A stretch of DNA of 20,000 nt from an uncultured virus (IMG/VR IMGVR_UViG_3300015371_000019) (lineage: Duplodnaviria; Heunggongvirae; Uroviricota; Caudoviricetes). The position numbers and the translations under genes were made by a program. Shown here piece by piece: positions 8,603 to 16,124 of this stretch (its first letter is position 1; each line of letters begins with the position of its first letter). The stretch lies in IMG/VR virus record IMGVR_UViG_3300015371_000019; one strand, 5' to 3'. The notes beneath the pieces were generated by a model, which was given only the letters and a program-made list of their open reading frames with translations, was not told the origin of the DNA and did no database searches.

Positions 8603-9006
8603 AGCCCACCTCCCAAGTGCTTGATGCACTCCGGCCCGATACCCGCCTCGACGGACTCCGGCGTCGTGAGCTTGCGCCCGCACCGGCAGCACTTACCTTC
8701 GTGGAAGATCTCCACCTTGCCCTCGAGCCCGTTCCCGATGTGGGCCCACACCCAATTGAAGGCGACGGCGGACGGGGCCTCCGGGGTGATCCGGGACTTG
8801 CGCCCGTGGACGAACTTCTCCCCGTTGAAGATGGTTCCCAGGAACGCGTAGTTCGATTCGTTGTCCGGCCCGTTGAGGACCGAGACGAAATGCGGGGCGT
8901 CGTCCTTGGGTTGGCGAACCCGGAAGGTGAACCGGGTTCCCGTCTTGCAGGACCGGACGGTGAACGTGGCATTGCCCATGAGGGCGAATTGTTTGAGCGG
9001 GATCAT
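8599..9006 (-). CDS. DUF6011-like zinc-finger protein (135 aa)
   Basis: C-terminal CCRCGRKLTTPESVEAGIGPEC signature. ATG 9006 is coupled to the upstream stop. Confidence 0.8.
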   Translation of the reverse strand: MIPLKQFALMGNATFTVRSCKTGTRFTFRVRQPKDDAPHFVSVLNGPDNESNYAFLGTIFNGEKFVHGRKSRITPEAPSAVAFNWVWAHIGNGLEGKVEIFHEGKCCRCGRKLTTPESVEAGIGPECIKHLGGGL

Positions 9007-9377
9007 TGGACGGCAGGGGTGGAGGGTTTCACGGCATATTCGGACGCTTCTTCCTTCTTCAAATCGGCGATCGCATAGTTGGCGGACCACAACCCGCGGG
9101 ATCCTTTGCCCTTGCGGTCGTAGTCCATCCGGGTGTTGATCGAAACGGTCATCCGGCCGAAGCGCCGGTCGGTGTTCCGGAAGCTCACGAAGACGTGGGC
9201 GTATCGGATAACCGCACCCCGGTGCATCTCGACCGTCTTGGACAGGCAAACCAGGACCGAGAACGGACGGGCGCCCGGAACACCAAGGCGTTGGGCGGTG
9301 ACTTCGCGGGTCCAGCCCGCAGCTACGGCGCGGCGGATCAACTCCACCGCTTGTTTTTTTGATGCAATGTTGCTCAT
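9003..9377 (-). CDS. Hypothetical cassette protein (124 aa)
   Basis: ATG fixed by repeat copy R1. Confidence 0.7.
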   Translation of the reverse strand: MSNIASKKQAVELIRRAVAAGWTREVTAQRLGVPGARPFSVLVCLSKTVEMHRGAVIRYAHVFVSFRNTDRRFGRMTVSINTRMDYDRKGKGSRGLWSANYAIADLKKEEASEYAVKPSTPAVQ

Positions 9378-9407
9378 ATGGGTATGTATTAGCGGGTTAT
9401 AGGCCCA

Positions 9408-9629
9408 TCACTTCTGGGAAGCGGTGGCTCCGACGTGTTTGTTGTAAAGTTCTTGGGCCTTGGACCGGTCGCGGGTTTCCACGATCACGACCGTGTGGCC
9501 GACGGGGTAAACACCCACAACCGGGACCAGCAACGGACGGTTGAACCGTTTGAGGGCCATGTTAAGGGTGTGGATGTCCGGGGACGTTTCCCAGGTCAGC
9601 ACTTCGTATTTGATTTCGGTTTTGTTCAT
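9408..9629 (-). CDS. Hypothetical cassette protein (73 aa)
   Basis: Starts at R2 and ends ...SQK* inside R1. Confidence 0.75.
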   Translation of the reverse strand: MNKTEIKYEVLTWETSPDIHTLNMALKRFNRPLLVPVVGVYPVGHTVVIVETRDRSKAQELYNKHVGATASQK

Positions 9630-9649
9630 ATGGTTCCTATAAGCGGATG

Positions 9650-9856
9650 TTAGGCCCGTCTCAGGGCGGCGATCGCACCCGCGATCGCGGTGAGTCGGTC
9701 GAGACGGTCCTCCGGGGTGATGACTTGGACCATCTCCCGTTTGCCCGTCGCCGTCCGGCGGATCTCGGTGTAACCCGATCGGGTGGCTTCGCTAACGACC
9801 TCCACCCGGCCTTCCCGGATCGCCCGGGCCAAACTTGCTTGTGTCATTGTCTTCAT
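9650..9856 (-). CDS. Hypothetical cassette protein (68 aa)
   Basis: Starts at R3; stop lies inside R2. Confidence 0.75.
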   Translation of the reverse strand: MKTMTQASLARAIREGRVEVVSEATRSGYTEIRRTATGKREMVQVITPEDRLDRLTAIAGAIAALRRA

Positions 9857-9896
9857 ACTTGTGATATAAGCGGGTTAAAGGCCCACTCAAAATTGA

Positions 9897-10088
9897 TCAG
9901 CACCCTTTCCAGGAGGCCCGTCCCGCATACGGGTAATCCGTTCCTTTACCCAGTTTTGTGGCGGCCTCGAGGGCTTCACTCCGGTCGCTGGCTTCCACAT
10001 CCACCGACATCCACATCCCCCGTCCGGCCGGATCTGCGTGCATACGGACCGTCCATGTCCTTCTCATTGTTGTGATCGTTTTCTTCAT
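9897..10088 (-). CDS. Hypothetical cassette protein (63 aa)
   Basis: MKKTITTMRRTWTVRM..., with ATG 10088 fixed by R4. Confidence 0.7.
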   Translation of the reverse strand: MKKTITTMRRTWTVRMHADPAGRGMWMSVDVEASDRSEALEAATKLGKGTDYPYAGRASWKGC

Positions 10089-10440
10089 ACTCGTGATATA
10101 AGCGGGTCGCAGGCCCATTACTTCTGGGAAGTCCGGTGACCATCTCGTTCCCGATCTTGCGGGCGGCGGCGAGGGCCCCGTCCCGGGCGAAGTCCTCCGG
10201 GCCCATCGGGAGGCCGAGGACTTCCCGGAGCCACGGGAACGTCTTGATATTGTTAGGGGTAAACTGGAGGGTGTCCCGGCGGCGGCGGATGTAATCCTTG
10301 AGCAAGGCCACCTGGCGCTTAGGACCGGGCCGGCCCGCACCGTAATCCGCCAGGAGGAAGTTCACCGGCTCGTTCCCGACCAGGAGGGTCAAGGAGTGCC
10401 CCGTCATTAACAGCGTTGCATTTTGTTTCATATTTGACAT
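9976..10440 (-). CDS. Hypothetical cassette protein that reads out of frame through R4 (probably truncated or rearranged)
   Basis: ATG 10440 is fixed by R5; an in-frame alternative ATG is at 10500. The ORF misses the TAA in R4 and overlaps the next gene. Confidence 0.55.
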   Translation of the reverse strand: MSNMKQNATLLMTGHSLTLLVGNEPVNFLLADYGAGRPGPKRQVALLKDYIRRRRDTLQFTPNNIKTFPWLREVLGLPMGPEDFARDGALAAARKIGNEMVTGLPRSNGPATRLYHEYEENDHNNEKDMDGPYARRSGRTGDVDVGGCGSQRPE

Positions 10441-10497
10441 ACGGGTTCTATAAGCGGGTCGTTGGCCCATCGTTCTTGCGAATCGTTCGTTTACCAT

Positions 10498-10584
10498 CAT
10501 GCCGTAATATAACCCGGTCCTGGATCCCGTCAACGTCCCAATTCTATATTTTTAGAATTATCTTCTGGACCATCCCGGTGGACC
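10498..10584 (-). promoter_or_regulatory. Sigma70-like leaderless promoter module P1 with upstream palindrome and TGGACC repeat pair
   Basis: TTGACG (10528-10533), 16 bp, TATATT (10506-10511), 5 nt, ATG. Palindrome AATTCTA-N6-TAGAATT at 10540-10559. TGGACC-N7-TGGACC at 10566-10584. Confidence 0.65.
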
Positions 10585-10645
10585 GCCGGGCCGGATTCTT
10601 GGCCATGCCATCGTAGTGCCATTTCCAAGCCGCCGGTGGACCATC

Positions 10646-12961
10646 TTACTGGACCACCGGGTTCCCGGCCGGGGCCTTCTCCAGCCCGGCCACATCCACC
10701 GGGGCGGCGGGAGCCAATCCTTTCCGGCCGGCATTGAGCTGGATCCGGATCGTATTGTCCGCCACCGTTGCCCCGATCCGGTTGAGGACGGCCCGGGTCC
10801 GCTTGAAGTCCCACCCGGCTACTCCACAGGCCCGGATGATTGCCACGGCGGAGTGTCCCCCGAAGGCGGCCGGCGTCGAGCGGGTCCGCTTCAACGGACC
10901 GGGTGTGCCCTTGGCTTCCTTGCCCGACTTGGACGGGGTGAGGCCCAAGCGGGTCCGGAGATCCACCGGGAGCTGCCGGTAATACTTGCGGAGCATCTTC
11001 AGCGCCACGGCCACTTGGCGGGGCGTGAGGGTGGCTTGAGCGGCCAAGGACTTTCCGTAGGCGGTGTCCATAGCGTTGAACCCGGCTTCATCCTTCCGAC
11101 GGGCCCCGTCGCACATCCCGGCCAGGATCTTGAGGGCTTGGTGGGTGTCGGTAATGACCTCAGCGGGTAGGGCCGGATCCTTCCGCGGCTTCATACCGGG
11201 TTCCTTCGGTCCGCCTTCTTCCTCCGGGTGGACGACCGGGATGATGGGCGATCCGGCCGCGGGTTGCGGTTGCGGCTCCGGGATGTCCTTGATGATTTCC
11301 TCCGGCCGGTTCTCGTTGAGCTTCAGGTCCCCGTCGTTCAGCAAGTCGATGCGGCCGATCTTCTCCCGGACTTGATCGCAGATCCGCTCCTCGATGGTCT
11401 TCGCGGCGAAGAAAATCCGTTGGAGGGATTTGACCCCGCCGGCCCGGTGGACCCGGCCGAGGGCTTGCTTGAGGTCCTGGCCACTCCAGGTCGGACAAAT
11501 GATTGCGAGGCGCATCCGTTTCCCGGGTGAGCCGTGGAGGGATACTCCGACGCCGCCGGCCTTGATGTTGCAGATGATGATCTTCTCCCGGTCCTCTTGG
11601 AACCCTTGGATGTTGTTCTCGCGGACCGTATCGGATTGCCCGCCCCGGATCACACACTCGGTTTTGAGCTTGGCCACGAGCGCGTCGGCCGACTCATCAA
11701 AGTTCACGAAGATCGCCACGGACATCCCTTCCTCGACGGCATCTTGCGCCATCGCGGCGATCGCCGGGACCTTGAGGATCTCGGCCTTCTGGCGGGCCCG
11801 GAGCATTGCGACCAGGATGCAGGCCCCGGTGTCCGCGTTCATCCGTTCCTGGAGGCGGGCGATCTCGTCCTTCATCTCGTCGTACACCGCATTGATCTTG
11901 GACTCGTTCCCGTTCGTGTCGTAACACTCCGCCGTGATTTGAGTCTCCGGGAAAGCGTTGCCGAGGTCGGCGATCCGAACGCGGGTCCCGTGGAGCGGAA
12001 AGATCTCCCGGTGGATGTGGTTGAGTTCCTCCACCCCGCCTTCAAAGCTCATGCCCCAACGACCCTTCTTGCAAGCGTGCGATTGGGCCCACGCCCAGAA
12101 TCGCTTCTCCGGGAAGCAACCCGTCAGGAACCCGCTGAACTTCATCTGGAGCGGGTTGTCCGCAGCCGTGGCCGAAAGCCCGATCACCATGTACTTCTGG
12201 CGGATGGCGGAAAGGCCGAGGGCACAATTCCAAGTCCGGTGATCCTTCAGCCGGTGGCACTCGTCGAAGATGATGATCGTGGTCGGATCCAAGTGCCATT
12301 GGAAGTCCTCGTTCTTGCCCTCGCCGACGATCCGGACGGCGGCTTGCTCACCCCGGCGGAGGAGCTCGTAGTTGCAAACGAAAATGCTCATCCCGAAATG
12401 AGCGGCGGCCCGTTTCCAGCTCGGCCGGACGGCCTTCGGGCAAACGACGTACACCGGGCGATTAAGGATGAAGGCGGCGGCGAGACTCGCGTAAGTCTTC
12501 CCGGTTCCCGTGTCGGACGCGTCGAGGGCCCCGTTATAGGTCGAGAGGGCTTTGACGAGCCGGCGGACCGAAGGGATCTGGAACGGGAGGAGTTTCTTCT
12601 CGATGAGCTTGAACCGGGCGTACTGCTCGGCCGTGAGCTTGGCGTGCTTACCCTCGAGGGCTTCCTTGAGCTCGAGCCGTTCCTCTTCCCGGCGGAGCCG
12701 CTCGGCTTCGACCACGGCGGGATCCAGCGGGAGCCACCAAAGGATTTCATACACGGGCAACCCGGCGTCGTCGTGCTTGACGTATTTGACGGTGATCCCG
12801 GCGGACCGGAGGGCTTCCCGGTTTGCGTTCCAGGTGTCCCAAAAGGAGTGCCCCCGCTCGGCCGGGGCCTTGCGGAGCATTCGGTCGCCGTTCTTCGTGG
12901 CGACCCGGACGGGTGCCGTCCACGGGAGGATTGTTTCGAGGTTGATATTCATATTTGACAT
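10646..12961 (-). CDS. SNF2-like SF2 helicase with C-terminal accessory domains (771 aa)
   Basis: Motifs DTGTGKT, IFDECH, LSAT, KAGGVGVSL and QALGRVHRAGG, followed by a Pro-rich linker, a CDGA...GFN..D...GKSLA segment and a terminal ~55-aa domain. ATG fixed by R6. Confidence 0.85.
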   Translation of the reverse strand: MSNMNINLETILPWTAPVRVATKNGDRMLRKAPAERGHSFWDTWNANREALRSAGITVKYVKHDDAGLPVYEILWWLPLDPAVVEAERLRREEERLELKEALEGKHAKLTAEQYARFKLIEKKLLPFQIPSVRRLVKALSTYNGALDASDTGTGKTYASLAAAFILNRPVYVVCPKAVRPSWKRAAAHFGMSIFVCNYELLRRGEQAAVRIVGEGKNEDFQWHLDPTTIIIFDECHRLKDHRTWNCALGLSAIRQKYMVIGLSATAADNPLQMKFSGFLTGCFPEKRFWAWAQSHACKKGRWGMSFEGGVEELNHIHREIFPLHGTRVRIADLGNAFPETQITAECYDTNGNESKINAVYDEMKDEIARLQERMNADTGACILVAMLRARQKAEILKVPAIAAMAQDAVEEGMSVAIFVNFDESADALVAKLKTECVIRGGQSDTVRENNIQGFQEDREKIIICNIKAGGVGVSLHGSPGKRMRLAIICPTWSGQDLKQALGRVHRAGGVKSLQRIFFAAKTIEERICDQVREKIGRIDLLNDGDLKLNENRPEEIIKDIPEPQPQPAAGSPIIPVVHPEEEGGPKEPGMKPRKDPALPAEVITDTHQALKILAGMCDGARRKDEAGFNAMDTAYGKSLAAQATLTPRQVAVALKMLRKYYRQLPVDLRTRLGLTPSKSGKEAKGTPGPLKRTRSTPAAFGGHSAVAIIRACGVAGWDFKRTRAVLNRIGATVADNTIRIQLNAGRKGLAPAAPVDVAGLEKAPAGNPVVQ

Positions 12962-12990
12962 ATGGGTTGGTTAAGCGGGTTGCTGGCCCA

Positions 12991-13212
12991 TCAAAGGTGG
13001 GAAAGTCCTTGGGACTTGAAGAGGTCCATCGTCGCGTCCCGTTGGAGCCCGGTGAGCTGCCCCCAATCGGCGGAAGCCCAACGGTCCGCCAAGGCGGTCC
13101 AATGGGGATGTCTCATTGTTGCATCCGTCCGGATCAGGGCAAGGCGCTCGGCTTTGCTCATACGGTCCCACCTGTATCCGGCCGGCCCGACGTTTTTCGT
13201 GTTCTTACTCAT
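12991..13212 (-). CDS. Hypothetical cassette protein (73 aa)
   Basis: Starts at R7 and ends SHL* inside R6. Confidence 0.75.
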   Translation of the reverse strand: MSKNTKNVGPAGYRWDRMSKAERLALIRTDATMRHPHWTALADRWASADWGQLTGLQRDATMDLFKSQGLSHL

Positions 13213-13253
13213 GGGTATGTATTAGCGGGTCGTAGGCCCACCAGGTTTGAGAA

Positions 13254-13541
13254 TCACTCCGCGGCCCATCCGCCCACAAGCCAATACTCCTCGGTGGCCG
13301 TTTTAACGGTAACGGCGAGGACCGGGCCCCACTTCTCGGTGTTTTCCCAAATGTAATCCTCGGCGGCGTCCCGGTCCTTGAAAACCTGGGAGGACGTTTT
13401 GATCCCGCGGGTTGTGGAGATGGTCCCGTTGTATTGGTCCTGCCCGTATTCGCGGGTTGCCCCGTCCACGGCGGCCCGATACCACTTGGTGAGGTCGGTG
13501 CCCTTGGTTACTTTGAATCCTCCGATGTTCGTTGCGCCCAT
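13254..13541 (-). CDS. Hypothetical phage protein (95 aa)
   Basis: EYGQDQYNGTIST...KWGPVLAV...GGWAAE. Lies downstream of R8 behind an A-rich leader; its stop abuts R7. Confidence 0.75.
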   Translation of the reverse strand: MGATNIGGFKVTKGTDLTKWYRAAVDGATREYGQDQYNGTISTTRGIKTSSQVFKDRDAAEDYIWENTEKWGPVLAVTVKTATEEYWLVGGWAAE

Positions 13542-13589
13542 ATTCTCGTTTGTGTTAATTGTTTACCGTCGGGTATGTATAAGCGGGTG

Positions 13590-13850
13590 TCAGGCCCGTT
13601 TCCGTTTGAGAACTTGCTTGGCGTCGAGTTGGGCGGAGTAGGTGCGCCCGTGCGTTTCGTGGACCACCGAGGCCCGGCCCGCTTCGTAGGCGGCCTCGAG
13701 CGCGGCTTTGATCTGCCAAACTGCTTGATCGCTAAAGTCGAGCCCGTCGGAACGGCGGGTGTCGAGGGTTTCCAAATGGAGGGTTTCGCGGGCGATCCCG
13801 AGGAGGGTCGCGTCCCGGCCCGTTGTTTCGTTTTTGTTCATGTTCTTCAT
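13590..13850 (-). CDS. DUF6900-like protein (86 aa)
   Basis: IARETLHLETLDTRRSDGLDFSDQAVWQIKAALEAAYEAG is the recognised pattern. ATG 13850 fixed by R9. Confidence 0.75.
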   Translation of the reverse strand: MKNMNKNETTGRDATLLGIARETLHLETLDTRRSDGLDFSDQAVWQIKAALEAAYEAGRASVVHETHGRTYSAQLDAKQVLKRKRA

Positions 13851-13881
13851 ACGAGATGATATAAGCGGGTCGCAGGCCCAT

Positions 13882-14247
13882 TCATTTTGGGAAAGAGTCC
13901 ACTTCGACGGTCCACGGGTTCCCGCAGGAGGATCCGTTGTTGTAACGGACGCTGATCCCGCCGGCCTGGGCCCGGAAGGCATCGGCCTCTTCCTTTGTAG
14001 CGAACGTTCGTATGGTCCGGGCGGCGGGCGGAGTAAGCGGGTTGCCGGATCCGACTTGGACCGCCATCCCGCGGAAGATCCCACGGTCCTTCATAAAGGC
14101 CTTGGCTTCCTCCTCGGTGGCAAACCGGGTGGACTTCCTAAGGTTGAGGGTGGATTTGAACCCGGTCGGAGGAGCGTCCACGACCATCCGGCCCGAGGGT
14201 TGGAGCATTATTGCCCAGGTGATTGTTCGTTGTTTCATTTTTGTCAT
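13882..14247 (-). CDS. Hypothetical cassette protein with an internal duplicated FATxEEAxAF motif (121 aa)
   Basis: Starts at R10 and ends FPK* in R9. Contains RFATEEEAKAF and TFATKEEADAF. Confidence 0.75.
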   Translation of the reverse strand: MTKMKQRTITWAIMLQPSGRMVVDAPPTGFKSTLNLRKSTRFATEEEAKAFMKDRGIFRGMAVQVGSGNPLTPPAARTIRTFATKEEADAFRAQAGGISVRYNNGSSCGNPWTVEVDSFPK

Positions 14248-14277
14248 ACGGGTTGATATAAGCGGGTCGCAGGCCCA

Positions 14278-14679
14278 TTACTTCTGGGAAACGAGGTAGG
14301 TGGTCCAATTGTCCCCGCCGTTGATATCCCGCCAAACTTCCCACCGGGTCGCCTCCGGCCAACCCGGTTTCTTGAGCAACTTCTTCAGCCACCCGACCGC
14401 CTTCCCGGCGGACGTGAAGGACCCGTTCGTGTAGGGCCCGTGTCCCCACGGATCCATCCTCCACCCGGCGGCCTTGCGCTTGTTCCATTCCTCGACGGTG
14501 AGGGCGGAGTCCACGACTTCGATCGTATGGACGGCGGCGAGCCCCTGGACCGGATGCTCTTTGACCTTGCCCACGGCCCGGAGCAGATCCAGGGTGGAGG
14601 CGTTGAAAAGCTTCGAGGACGCGATCACCCCGGCGGCGGCGATCCCCGCCTCGATTGTGTCTTTGATCGGGTTGCTCAT
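14278..14679 (-). CDS. Hypothetical protein (133 aa)
   Basis: ATG 14679 lies 1 nt after the upstream stop. Ends SQK* in R10. Confidence 0.7.
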   Translation of the reverse strand: MSNPIKDTIEAGIAAAGVIASSKLFNASTLDLLRAVGKVKEHPVQGLAAVHTIEVVDSALTVEEWNKRKAAGWRMDPWGHGPYTNGSFTSAGKAVGWLKKLLKKPGWPEATRWEVWRDINGGDNWTTYLVSQK

Positions 14680-14680
14680 G

Positions 14681-15049
14681 TTAATCCGTTCCCTCGAAGT
14701 GATGGGTGTGCTTGTTCCCGTCCCGGACGGTGACCAGGATCCCGTGGGAGGTTTTGCTCGCAATGTCCTTGTCCCCAATGCCCCAACCGAGGTTGTAAAT
14801 CTCGATTCGGTGCTTGGCGGCATAAGCAACGTGGGCGTCCGTCATCCGCATTTCCTCGAGCTGGTTCACGTCCTCGTCCGGGGAGAGGATGTCCTCCGAC
14901 GGGAGGGCTGTGGACTCCGCCCGGATCTCGCGTTTGCCGTCGTTCCAAATCTTCCGGACCCGCTTGTCGTGGGCGATTGCTTGGGCCCGGTCCGCGAACG
15001 GGCCGACGAACATGCCCGCAACGTTGGAGTGGATGTAATAGTGTTTCAT
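14681..15049 (-). CDS. Hypothetical protein (122 aa)
   Basis: Separated by 1-nt gaps from both neighbours. Confidence 0.7.
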   Translation of the reverse strand: MKHYYIHSNVAGMFVGPFADRAQAIAHDKRVRKIWNDGKREIRAESTALPSEDILSPDEDVNQLEEMRMTDAHVAYAAKHRIEIYNLGWGIGDKDIASKTSHGILVTVRDGNKHTHHFEGTD

Positions 15050-15050
15050 A

Positions 15051-15212
15051 TTAGTTGACGCGTTTGGTTACCCGGAGGCCGTCCGCCGAAAGGTAAGTGT
15101 GGGTGATTATGACGGATCCACGTTTGGATACGGTGCGGGAGACGGTGACGTCCACCCACCCCCACTGCTCGCAGACCCGGAAGGTTGTTTCGTTTTTGTT
15201 CATGTTCTTCAT
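15051..15212 (-). CDS. Small hypothetical cassette protein (53 aa)
   Basis: Not in the track. MKNMNKNETTFRVCEQWGWVDVTVSRTVSKRGSVIITHTYLSADGLRVTKRVN*. ATG fixed by R11; stop lies 1 nt before the next ATG. Confidence 0.7.
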   Translation of the reverse strand: MKNMNKNETTFRVCEQWGWVDVTVSRTVSKRGSVIITHTYLSADGLRVTKRVN

Positions 15213-15242
15213 ACGAGATGATATAAGCGGGTTGCTGACCCA

Positions 15243-15698
15243 TTATTTGTGGGAAACGGCTTCGGCCTTCGTCCGATACACGGCGACCATCTTCCGGCCG
15301 GATCCTTTGTTCCACCGGGCCCACTCTTTAAGGGCAATCGCCCGGGCAACCTCTTCGCTCCGGGTCCAGGTCCAAATCTCGAAGGCCTCGACGGCCCGTA
15401 AGTCGTTGACCGTGTAGAACATAAATTGCTTGAGGATGCCCTTGTCCGGCACCGGGCGTTCGGCCGGGACGCAGGACCGGATCTCCGCCAACTGCCCGTC
15501 CGTCAACGGGGCGGGTTCGCCCCGCTCACCGAGCCGGCCGGCCGATTGCTGGGCCCGGATGGTCGCGTCCGCCACGGCGATCCCGGCTTTGGCCAGGAAG
15601 GCCCTAATGGTTTGAAATTCAATGTGCTCCCGACCGCACCGGCGGATCACCGCCGTGGGAGCGAACCCGAACACCGTTTGTTTCTCGTTTGTTACCAT
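15243..15698 (-). CDS. Hypothetical cassette protein (151 aa); N-terminal domain homologous to the C-terminus of the 771-aa helicase
   Basis: Starts at R12 and ends SHK* in R11. Contains FG...AVIRRCG...VADATIRAQ..AGR. Confidence 0.8.
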   Translation of the reverse strand: MVTNEKQTVFGFAPTAVIRRCGREHIEFQTIRAFLAKAGIAVADATIRAQQSAGRLGERGEPAPLTDGQLAEIRSCVPAERPVPDKGILKQFMFYTVNDLRAVEAFEIWTWTRSEEVARAIALKEWARWNKGSGRKMVAVYRTKAEAVSHK

Positions 15699-15731
15699 AT
15701 ACGAGTGATATAAGCGGGTTCGTGGCCCGTC

Positions 15732-15833
15732 CTAGCCGAGAAAAGTAAGGGCGACCCATAGGAGGGCATAGGCCCCGATCCCGATGGAGGCGAGCTTTAC
15801 TTTAATGTCTAACATGTTGATATGGTGGATCAT
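15732..15833 (-). CDS. Putative single-pass membrane peptide (33 aa)
   Basis: ATG 15833 overlaps the upstream stop (ATGA). Hydrophobic stretch LASIGIGAYALLWVALTFLG. Stop lies inside R12. Confidence 0.5.
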   Translation of the reverse strand: MIHHINMLDIKVKLASIGIGAYALLWVALTFLG

Positions 15834-16090
15834 AGACCCTTGAATTGGTGGTCGAGTTCGATCTGCCGCTTTTGGAAGTCCTCGGCCCGACCAATGTTCT
15901 CTTTCCAGCTGAACGAGTAACCGTTCCAGGTGGTCCATTGGACCACGCTCGTAAACCGGTCCTCTCCCCGGCCGAACCGGGCCAAGATGATTTTACCCGG
16001 CTCGATGACCTCCGTCACCGTCCCGGTGAGCCGGTTGCCCGACTCAAACGTGACCTTTACTTTATCACCGACTTTAACATTTTCGTTCAT
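15830..16090 (-). CDS. Small beta-rich (KOW/SH3-like) protein (86 aa)
   Basis: VKVGDKVKV...TGTVTEV. ATG 16090 fixed by R13. Confidence 0.7.
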   Translation of the reverse strand: MNENVKVGDKVKVTFESGNRLTGTVTEVIEPGKIILARFGRGEDRFTSVVQWTTWNGYSFSWKENIGRAEDFQKRQIELDHQFKGL

Positions 16091-16124
16091 ACGGGTTGAT
16101 ATAAGCGGGTTAGAGGCCCGTCGT

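Noticed and set aside
11534..12958. 474-aa plus-strand ORF, and the many other plus-strand ORFs in the track
   Set aside because: These are antisense shadows of motif-bearing minus-strand genes in GC-rich DNA, with no recognisable motifs of their own.
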